Source: Minisyncoccota bacterium (GTDB lineage: Bacteria; Patescibacteriota; Minisyncoccia; Phycocordibacterales; JACOZG01). Taken from it: a stretch of 63,841 nucleotides of DNA. This document shows, in pieces, positions 1 to 7,047 of the stretch. Location: assembly GCA_020057185.1 (NCBI GenBank), contig JAGVGK010000005.1, positions 1-63,841 of the forward strand. Reading direction: 5' to 3'. Position 1 is the first letter of the stretch. Each line of letters begins with the position of its first letter. A program made the translations under genes and the position numbers. The notes below the pieces were generated by a model. It was given only the letters and a program-made list of their open reading frames with translations, was not told where the DNA came from and searched no databases.

Positions 1-206
1 CCCGACTTTACGTCGGGGCTACAAGCTATCACAACCACACCAAACAAGCGCGACGAGAATGAGCGCGAGTGAAGATGGAAAACGCGTACCACAACCTTCC
101 CTAACATTCGGAGGGCGTCTTTCATCAGGTATTTAATTACTCAAATTATATCATTTTTGGTACTTAAAACTTAGCGGAAGAGCAAGATAAGTGGGGATAA
201 GATTAC

Positions 207-2573
207 CTATTGATTTAACCCGTGGCACTTTTTATATTTTTTGCCGGAACCGCAGGGGCAGGGGTCATTGCGCCCGACTTTTTTGATATTGCCGGCTGAT
301 GATGGCGCGACTAGATTAATTATTGGATTACGCAAGGTCGAACCTTGCGTTGCTAGCTGCTTCACTGCCGTGGCCACATCGTCCGCCATGGTCGCTTCCA
401 TTTGTTTGAAAAGTTGCAATCCCTCTCGTTTATATTCCACCAACGGATCGCGCTGACCATAAGCACGCAAGCGGACACTCTGCTTGAGATAATCCATCGC
501 TTCGAGATGATCCACCCACAGTCGATCAATCGCTTGGAGTGTAATTTGCCGATCCGGACTATCGCTAAAAAGAATGGCCTGCCGGCGACCGTACATAATC
601 ACCCGCTGATAATTCAAAACCGTATCATATTCGAGCAACTGCCGACGGGAGTCGAAGTTGAAACCTTCGATCTTGGCTTGCGCACTTTCAATCGCGCGCG
701 CCACCAAACGATTCTCAATCGGCTGATCATCCGGCACCCCGAGCCGGCGCATCATGGATTTAACTTTATCAGAGACAAACACTCGCGCCAAACTATCATC
801 GAAGGAAATAAAAAATTGCGTCGTGCCCGGATCGCCCTGCCGGCCGGACCGACCCCGAAGTTGATTATCAATCCGACGCGCCTCATGACGCTCGGTGCCT
901 AAAACAAAAAGTCCACCGAGACGGCGCACTTCGTCGAGCTCGGTTTCTGTCGCCTTCGCTCCGCCCAACTTGATGTCTACGCCACGACCAGCCAAGTTCG
1001 TGGCAATCACCACGCTCCCCTTCCGCCCCGCTTCAGCAATGATGGCGCCTTCTTCTTCATGATTCTTGGCGTTCAAGAGACGATGGGGCACACCTTCACG
1101 TGTGAGATAAGCCGAGACCAATTCGTTTTTATCAATCGACACGGTGCCGACGAGAACGGGCTGACCCAATTGATGAAGTTCCTTCAATCGTCGCGCCACG
1201 GCCACAAATTTCCCCGCTTCGGTTTGGAAGACTAAATCTGTGAGATCAGTTCGTTGGCTTGGACGATTAGTCGGCACCGCCACCACCTCGAGACCATAGA
1301 CTTTTCGAAACTCCTCGGCGGAAGTTAAGGCCGTGCCGGTCATACCCGCGAGCTTCCCGTAAAGCTTGAAATAATTTTGAAGTGTCACGCTGGCGTAAGT
1401 TCGAGATTCGTCTTTCGTCGCGACACCCTCCTTCGCTTCAATCGCTTGATGTAAACCATCAGACCACCGGCGACCGGGCTGAAGCCGACCGGTGAATTCG
1501 TCCACGATAATCACTTCGCCACCTTTAACCACATAATCATGATCGCGGTGGAAAAGCGCTTTGGCGCGCAACGCCGTCTCGAGGTGGTGAACATATTTAA
1601 TTCCTAAATCAGTATAAAGATTATCCACTTTCAATGATTTTTCGGTGCGGGCAATTCCTTCTTCTGTCACGCTAATTGTCTTCAATTTCTCATCGACCGT
1701 ATAATCCGTCACTGGTTCGTAATTATTAACGAGTTTAGCGAAAATTTGGTACAAACTATCCGAAGCGGCGACCGGCGCCGAAATAATAAGCGGGGTGCGC
1801 GCTTCGTCAATCAAGACCGAATCCACTTCATCCACGATGGCAAAGTGATGTTTGGGCCTGGCGGGCAGAATAATTTGCGAGACTTGGTCAGTTTGATAAG
1901 CTAGATTGTCACGAAGATAATCAAAACCGAATTCGTTGTTCGTGCCATAAGTGATGTCGGCTTCATAGGCTTCGCGCCGAGTGCACGGTTTTAGAAATTC
2001 ATGAAAAACTTGATAACCGCCACTCTGATCGCGCGCGGGATCAACTTCGCTGTGTGCCGAATCATAACGATAAGCCGTCTCGTGATTGATCACGCCGACC
2101 GATAAACCGAGCGCATCATAAATTTGTCCCATCCACACCGCATCCCGGCGCGCCAAGTAATCATTAACAGTGACCACATGCACCCCGCGCGCCGATAGAG
2201 CATTGAGATAAGCCGTGAGCGTTGTGACTAAAGTTTTCCCTTCACCCGTTTTCATCTCGGCAATTTTCCCTTGGTGCAAAATTATTCCGCCGAGCAATTG
2301 AACATCGAAATGTCTCTGCTTGAGCGTCCGCTTGGCGGACTCGCGCACCAGCGCGAAAGCGTGAGGCAATAAATCGTCGAGGGTCTCGCCCGCCTTGCCG
2401 TCGGGCAGGTCCGTCTCTAAACGAGCCCGTAATTTAGCCGTTTCCGCCTTAAGTTCCAAGTCAGAGAGACTGGCAAAACGGGGTTCTAATTCATTGATCT
2501 TAATCACTGTTGGTTCAAGTGATTTCAAGTAGCGGTCATTCCCCGTCCCGAAAATTTTTCCAATAAGTGACAT
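207..2573 (-). CDS. secA: Preprotein translocase subunit SecA (short form)
   Basis: MKTGEGKT Walker A, IVDEVDSVLIDEARTPLIIS, GRSGRQGDPG, C-terminal SEC-C motif GRNDPCPCGSGKKYKKCH. Start moved to the ATG at 2573. Confidence 0.98.
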   Translation of the reverse strand: MSLIGKIFGTGNDRYLKSLEPTVIKINELEPRFASLSDLELKAETAKLRARLETDLPDGKAGETLDDLLPHAFALVRESAKRTLKQRHFDVQLLGGIILHQGKIAEMKTGEGKTLVTTLTAYLNALSARGVHVVTVNDYLARRDAVWMGQIYDALGLSVGVINHETAYRYDSAHSEVDPARDQSGGYQVFHEFLKPCTRREAYEADITYGTNNEFGFDYLRDNLAYQTDQVSQIILPARPKHHFAIVDEVDSVLIDEARTPLIISAPVAASDSLYQIFAKLVNNYEPVTDYTVDEKLKTISVTEEGIARTEKSLKVDNLYTDLGIKYVHHLETALRAKALFHRDHDYVVKGGEVIIVDEFTGRLQPGRRWSDGLHQAIEAKEGVATKDESRTYASVTLQNYFKLYGKLAGMTGTALTSAEEFRKVYGLEVVAVPTNRPSQRTDLTDLVFQTEAGKFVAVARRLKELHQLGQPVLVGTVSIDKNELVSAYLTREGVPHRLLNAKNHEEEGAIIAEAGRKGSVVIATNLAGRGVDIKLGGAKATETELDEVRRLGGLFVLGTERHEARRIDNQLRGRSGRQGDPGTTQFFISFDDSLARVFVSDKVKSMMRRLGVPDDQPIENRLVARAIESAQAKIEGFNFDSRRQLLEYDTVLNYQRVIMYGRRQAILFSDSPDRQITLQAIDRLWVDHLEAMDYLKQSVRLRAYGQRDPLVEYKREGLQLFKQMEATMADDVATAVKQLATQGSTLRNPIINLVAPSSAGNIKKVGRNDPCPCGSGKKYKKCHGLNQ

Positions 2574-2591
2574 AAGGTAAAATCTTAGCAC

Positions 2592-2632
2592 AAAAAAACA
2601 GAATCCCCCAGTCGGGGGATTCTGTTTTTTTT
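2592..2632. terminator. Bidirectional intrinsic terminator
   Basis: Perfect hairpin AAAAAAACAGAATCCCCC-AGTC-GGGGGATTCTGTTTTTTT directly after the Lys-rich ORF. Confidence 0.85.
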
Positions 2633-2693
2633 ATCGGCGTTTCTTGGTTGCCTTTTTCTTTCCCTTCTTTGCTACTTTCTTTTTCTTAGCCAT
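2631..2693 (-). CDS. 20-aa Lys-rich basic peptide MAKKKKVAKKGKKKATKKRR
   Basis: Translated by hand; ATG to TAA, with a promoter upstream and a terminator immediately downstream. Confidence 0.7.
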   Translation of the reverse strand: MAKKKKVAKKGKKKATKKRR

Positions 2694-2775
2694 TTTATTT
2701 TTGTTTAAAAAATTATTGGTAACAAGCTAGGCTAGAGCAACCGACCGTAACTTATTTGCTCTCGCTGACTTCTTT

Positions 2776-2831
2776 ATTATCGCGCGAAAAAACTTTCCCG
2801 ACAATCTTTTTTTACAAAAAAATGTGGATAA
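2776..2831 (-). promoter_or_regulatory. Sigma70-like promoter with upstream DnaA-box consensus
   Basis: TTGTCG(2804-2799)-N17-GATAAT(2781-2776); TTATCCACA at 2831-2823. Confidence 0.55.
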
Positions 2832-2833
2832 CT

Positions 2834-3001
2834 TTATTTGTGAAGTGTCGGCGTGCGAAAACCAATCAACGCAATCACGATCGTGCCGACAAGTGTGATG
2901 AGTAAAATATAATTAACATTAAGATTGTGATTCTTAATCACGATGTAAGTCGTGGAGATCCAAACAATGATTAGCGACAGCGCCGTCCACGGGTATTTCA
3001 T
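2834..3001 (-). CDS. Small two-helix membrane protein (55 aa), paralogue of 5830..5985
   Basis: MKYPWTALSLIIVWISTTYIVIKNHNLNVNYILLITLVGTIVIALIGFRTPTLHK; below the ORF-track size cutoff. Confidence 0.75.
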   Translation of the reverse strand: MKYPWTALSLIIVWISTTYIVIKNHNLNVNYILLITLVGTIVIALIGFRTPTLHK

Positions 3002-3004
3002 AGA

Positions 3005-3658
3005 TCAAATAAATTTTACACTACCTAAAATTCTTTTAAACATGGGCTGTAAATCACTTGAGAAGTGTTTAATATCAAAAGAGTTTGAAGCCAACCTGAA
3101 ACGATAGAGATATTGATCTTTGATGATGCAGGCCGCTTGATAAATATTGCCGTCTATATAATCACTGCCCACATTACCAGGTTTATGTAAAACGGGAAAC
3201 AAATTCCATGAACCAGCGTTTGTCTCATAAACAACGGGCTGATAATCAAGACATGAAAATTTTGCTTCTGTACTACCGTTAGTTATCGCGCTGACAAACA
3301 AACAAAAAGGGGTACAAGCCTTTCTTCCTTCTTCTTGGTCGGCATCAAAATAAACATAAAGACTTGTGAATGAAGAAAAATTTGATACCACCAAATTATT
3401 TGGATACTTAAACTCAAGCCCATATTTTTCATTCCGATAAGTTTTCCAATCAGAAGTATCATCTAGAGCTGTGGTTGTGGGCCAAACCCATAAACCTAAA
3501 CCAATCGCTAGAAGAATTAAAATGGCGGCAACGAAATAGCGATTCCGCGCTGACTTTACTTTGGGCGTGTCGACACCCGCTTCGCCAAATCGAGGCGAGT
3601 CGGTGGACAAACTCGGTGTTGACATGGGTTCTTGTGACTGGGACATTTGGTCGTTCAT
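3005..3658 (-). CDS. Membrane-anchored PsbP-like exported protein
   Basis: One TM helix followed by the WKTYRNEKYGLEFKYP motif common in CPR proteins. Confidence 0.65.
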   Translation of the reverse strand: MNDQMSQSQEPMSTPSLSTDSPRFGEAGVDTPKVKSARNRYFVAAILILLAIGLGLWVWPTTTALDDTSDWKTYRNEKYGLEFKYPNNLVVSNFSSFTSLYVYFDADQEEGRKACTPFCLFVSAITNGSTEAKFSCLDYQPVVYETNAGSWNLFPVLHKPGNVGSDYIDGNIYQAACIIKDQYLYRFRLASNSFDIKHFSSDLQPMFKRILGSVKFI

Positions 3659-3676
3659 GGTTTTATTAAATCACGA

Positions 3677-4051
3677 TCATCCTAATGATAAAACCTCGAC
3701 AAATTTCTTAATTTTCTTGGCTAAAGTTTTATCATTGGTCACCAATATCGCTTGTTTTGAAATCGCAGTCGCAGCGATAATCGAATCCGCCAGAGAAAGA
3801 TCCGTATTTCTTTTTAATTTAATGGCGACTGAAGCAACATTACCAAGCAAACTTACCTCGCCAAATAAGTCAATAAATTTTTCTGCCTCATACAAATCAT
3901 TTCCCTTAAGTTCTGGAAAGCACAAAGTTTCTATTTTACTGATAGTTGAGATCGCTAAATATTCTGATTCGAGATGATTTTTGATCCACTCCTTGATGGA
4001 AGCATCCCCGCTCAAGTGGCCGATTAAGATATTCGAATCAAGAATATACAT
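3677..4051 (-). CDS. vapC: PIN-domain VapC-type toxin
   Basis: YILDSNILI, LADSIIAATA, LVTND PIN motifs; 124 aa. Confidence 0.88.
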   Translation of the reverse strand: MYILDSNILIGHLSGDASIKEWIKNHLESEYLAISTISKIETLCFPELKGNDLYEAEKFIDLFGEVSLLGNVASVAIKLKRNTDLSLADSIIAATAISKQAILVTNDKTLAKKIKKFVEVLSLG

Positions 4052-4057
4052 AAAATC

Positions 4058-4264
4058 TTACTTGTACTGTCTTTCCATTCTTTTCTCCCACTCTTTTCTG
4101 GTCTTTCTTTGATAAGCAACGGGCGATATTTTGGTTTTTCCATTCCCCTTTATTAGCCCGTAACTTCTCTCTAGCACACTAAGTTCAGGCTTTGCCCAAC
4201 CCAGTAATTGCTCAAGGTTTTTGTCATAATCTATCTCCGTCTTTAATTGTGTGTTTTTTAACAT
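4058..4264 (-). CDS. Putative antitoxin of the PIN toxin
   Basis: 68 aa directly upstream of vapC; C-terminal SYGL...YQRKTRKEW resembles VapB tails. Confidence 0.6.
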   Translation of the reverse strand: MLKNTQLKTEIDYDKNLEQLLGWAKPELSVLERSYGLIKGNGKTKISPVAYQRKTRKEWEKRMERQYK

Positions 4265-4276
4265 ATCGTCATCATA

Positions 4277-5833
4277 TCACGCTTTTAAAAGCTGTCGAAT
4301 TTCTTCGTAGTCCTCGGCGTAGGCGGAGATGATGTTGATTAAACGCTCTTTCGCCACGCCGAGTTGCTCTTTTTCGGCGTCTTTAACTTCGAGTAATTGT
4401 TCGAAACTGAAATGCGCTGTCGAATCCGTGGCCTCTTCCAATTTAACTTCTTGAGTTTGGGCCATAATTAATTCTTCCGCCACACCCAACGGATAACTGG
4501 CAAAAAAAGAATTAAGCGCCCGAATAATATCAAACCCGGGCGCAAGTTTGACTGCCACCATATCGGCAATCACCAGAGTTCGGAAAAAAATCACCACTTC
4601 GCGCGGTAAATAAATTTGGTAATCACGTGTTTTGAGTAAAATTTTTGAAAAAACCAGCGAAGAAGTTAAGTGCTGATAATTAGGTAAAGTTTTCTCTTCA
4701 TACCACGGCGTGAGAATCCCTTCCAAATCAAGTTGTAAATTATCGAGCATAATCTCTTCCAATTTATCAACCACTTTGGCATACCGTTTATAAGTGTCTG
4801 GTTCTTTCAGTTTAAATAAATCAACTTCATCGGCCATCGCCGTCTTCGCAAAATGGAGAAAGTGCTTACTCGAAAAAGCCAGATCGCGCCGAGCGATGCC
4901 GTAAATAATCCGCAAGAGATCCAACCGCGTCTTCCCCACCTGACCGATAATTCCGAAATCGAAATAACCCAACCGATTATTTGAAGCGAAAAAGAGATTC
5001 GCCGGATGCGGATCAGCATGGAAAAAACCATCAATGAAATACTGGCGCATAATGTCAAAAACGAAATAATACGCTAGCTCTTCGGTGTGGATAGAATGGT
5101 TGGTGAGAAGTTCGTCGCGGTATTTCGGATTTTTTTCCAATTCTTTAAGCACCGTTTCCACTGAAAAGACTTCCGCCATATCTTCACTGACTAACACTCG
5201 CTCAGTGGACCACTCGGCGTAAGCTCGCGGGATAATCGTCCGCGGATGACTTTCGCTATGACGCGCGAGAATTTGCGAATTGGTTAACTCCTCGCGGAAA
5301 TCGAGTTCGCGCCGACTCCAAGCGATAAATTCTTTGACCACATCTTGAATTTGGAAAGTATTAAATAAACGGAAAAAACTAAGGAGTCGGCCGAGAACGC
5401 GCGCCAACAAAAAATCAGTCTCGAAAACTTGACGGATTGCCGGCCGTTGAATTTTGACCACAACGGGAGTGCCGTCGGACAACCGCGCGCGGTAAACTTG
5501 AGAGATCGACGCCGAGGCAATTGGTTTGGATTCGAATTTTTGAAAAACGGCTTCCGGCGGTTGGCCGATTTCGTCAATAAAAACTTGGCGCATCGCCGAG
5601 TACGGCGACACCCTGATTCGCGACAAGAGATTAAGCAACTCATTCGCGTACCGAGGTGGAATGAGATCGTGACGAAGCGAAAGAATTTGTCCGAGTTTGA
5701 CGAACGCCCCACCCGCTTGCTCGAAGAAAAGTCGCAGGCGGACTTCCGGCGTTACTTCCCGTTTTAATAACAACCGGATACTAATCCGACCAATGTCCCA
5801 AAATCTGGTTAAAAAATCTAGCCCGCTCATCAT
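4277..5833 (-). CDS. ABC1/UbiB (AarF) family atypical kinase
   Basis: FVKLGQILS, ASASISQVY, VVVKIQRP, FFHADPHPAN, FDFGIIG. Confidence 0.93.
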   Translation of the reverse strand: MMSGLDFLTRFWDIGRISIRLLLKREVTPEVRLRLFFEQAGGAFVKLGQILSLRHDLIPPRYANELLNLLSRIRVSPYSAMRQVFIDEIGQPPEAVFQKFESKPIASASISQVYRARLSDGTPVVVKIQRPAIRQVFETDFLLARVLGRLLSFFRLFNTFQIQDVVKEFIAWSRRELDFREELTNSQILARHSESHPRTIIPRAYAEWSTERVLVSEDMAEVFSVETVLKELEKNPKYRDELLTNHSIHTEELAYYFVFDIMRQYFIDGFFHADPHPANLFFASNNRLGYFDFGIIGQVGKTRLDLLRIIYGIARRDLAFSSKHFLHFAKTAMADEVDLFKLKEPDTYKRYAKVVDKLEEIMLDNLQLDLEGILTPWYEEKTLPNYQHLTSSLVFSKILLKTRDYQIYLPREVVIFFRTLVIADMVAVKLAPGFDIIRALNSFFASYPLGVAEELIMAQTQEVKLEEATDSTAHFSFEQLLEVKDAEKEQLGVAKERLINIISAYAEDYEEIRQLLKA

Positions 5834-5985
5834 TTCGAGCGGAAACCGATATAGGCCAGAATAACCGTAATCGCCATAACGAAGAAAAAGAAAATTTCGG
5901 GATCGGTGAGACGATTCGAAACCATTAGAATCGAAGCCGAGATCCAGATAAATAAAATAGCAACGGAAGTCCAGGTGTAACGCAT
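5830..5985 (-). CDS. Small two-helix membrane protein (51 aa)
   Basis: MRYTWTSVAILFIWIS...YIGFRSK; stop overlaps the kinase start (ATGA); paralogue at 2834..3001. Confidence 0.75.
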   Translation of the reverse strand: MRYTWTSVAILFIWISASILMVSNRLTDPEIFFFFVMAITVILAYIGFRSK

Positions 5986-6006
5986 AATATATTTAGGTTC
6001 ACAAAT

Positions 6007-6098
6007 ATCCCGACCCAACTGTGGCCAGCGGGTGCGAGCTCCAAAAACTAAATGTCTTTATGTGAGTGCGACCGCCGGCCACAACTAGGCCCGAAAGA
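6007..6098 (-). ncRNA. Long hairpin, candidate 5' leader or ncRNA
   Basis: CCTAGTTGTGGCCGGCGG pairs with CCGCTGGCCACAGTTGGG using G-U pairs on the minus strand; TGG-TATACT extended -10 just upstream (~6109-6117). Confidence 0.4.
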
Positions 6099-6129
6099 TC
6101 ACAGTTTTAGTATACCAAATATCAGTCGG

Positions 6130-6230
6130 CACGCAAATCCCCCGTCGCCGAAGCTAAGGGGGGCTTGCGCAAGACATCTAACTTATCAGAGCTCGTTCTC
6201 TCCGCCGAAGGCGGAAAGAAAAGCACTCAC
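6130..6230 (-). ncRNA. Candidate small RNA with two cUUCGg hairpins
   Basis: Promoter TTGACT(6265-6260)-N17-TAGCAT(6242-6237), then two stems each capped by CTTCGG. Confidence 0.45.
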
Positions 6231-6309
6231 CTTCTGATGCTAGCAAATCGCCTCTTAAAAGTCAAGCCCAAAGTGGATAACTACTCCTACTTAATGCTAA
6301 AATATTCCG

Positions 6310-6939
6310 ATGCGCGCTTACGCTTACATTGACGCTTCAAACTTATTTTACGGCGGTAAAAAATCTCTCGGTTGGAGTGTTGATTTTGAAAAACTTTACA
6401 AATATCTTCAGCACCGGTTTGAGGTATCTCGGATCTATTATTTTGGCGGTGTGGAAATTCATAAATTTCCTTTTGACTATCTAGCTAATGATACCGTTTC
6501 TTTAAAAGATTTGGAAAAATATCTTGTCGAGTATGTTGAGAAAAATAAAAACAATTTGACCAGTGCTAAACTCGCACTTCTTGATCGTCATCTGAAACAA
6601 GTACACTTCTACCAAAAACTCGAGAAATTTGGCTTCCAACTCGTGCTGAAGCCAGTGAAAATGTATGGGGACGAAGAAGGTAATCAAAAACGCAAAGCAA
6701 ATTGCGATGTGGAGATGGCCTTCTATCTTATGCGAGATAAAAATGAGTTTGAGCGCGTTGTGGTACTTTCTGGCGATGGAGATTTTTTACCCGTATTAAA
6801 ACATCTTCGTGAAGTCGGTAAAAAAGAAGTTCTAGTCCTCGCCCGTGGACCGAGAACCGCCAAAGAAATCAAGCAATTTGCCGGAGACAAATTTATGGAT
6901 TTCACTAACAATCTGCGAGATCGTCTTGAGAGAATTTAG
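6310..6939 (+). CDS. NYN (LabA/DUF88) domain RNase
   Basis: YIDASNL, KANCDVEM, LSGDGDF acidic motifs of the NYN/PIN-like fold. Confidence 0.92.
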   Translation: MRAYAYIDASNLFYGGKKSLGWSVDFEKLYKYLQHRFEVSRIYYFGGVEIHKFPFDYLANDTVSLKDLEKYLVEYVEKNKNNLTSAKLALLDRHLKQVHFYQKLEKFGFQLVLKPVKMYGDEEGNQKRKANCDVEMAFYLMRDKNEFERVVVLSGDGDFLPVLKHLREVGKKEVLVLARGPRTAKEIKQFAGDKFMDFTNNLRDRLERI

Positions 6940-6946
6940 ACATTTT

Positions 6947-7026
6947 AAAAAACAGCGAACGGCACCCATTTAGGATGCCGTTCAAGTCTGATACTACTAG
7001 TATATCCAAGCCAAACTTCTTGTCAA
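6947..7026 (-). ncRNA. Antisense promoter plus ~45-nt hairpin RNA convergent on the NYN gene
   Basis: TTGACA(7026-7021)-N16-TATACT(7004-6999); stem GAACGGCATCC/GGGTGCCGTTC (6983-6957) followed by T6. Confidence 0.55.
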
Positions 7027-7047
7027 CACTTTTAAGGTAGTGGATAA

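Noticed and set aside
1..125. Possible ORF running off the left edge on the minus strand
   Set aside because: No recognisable product, and it reads through a palindrome/heptamer repeat; cannot be supported from this window
6007..6230. SRP RNA, tRNA or a known riboswitch
   Set aside because: No SRP domain IV GGAA-loop motif, cloverleaf or aptamer consensus that I can recognise
6052..6237. 61-aa plus-strand ORF upstream of NYN
   Set aside because: It reads through hairpin elements and has no protein-like features
2823..7047. DnaA boxes as a replication origin
   Set aside because: The boxes are isolated, not clustered; there is no dnaA/dnaN or extended unwinding element
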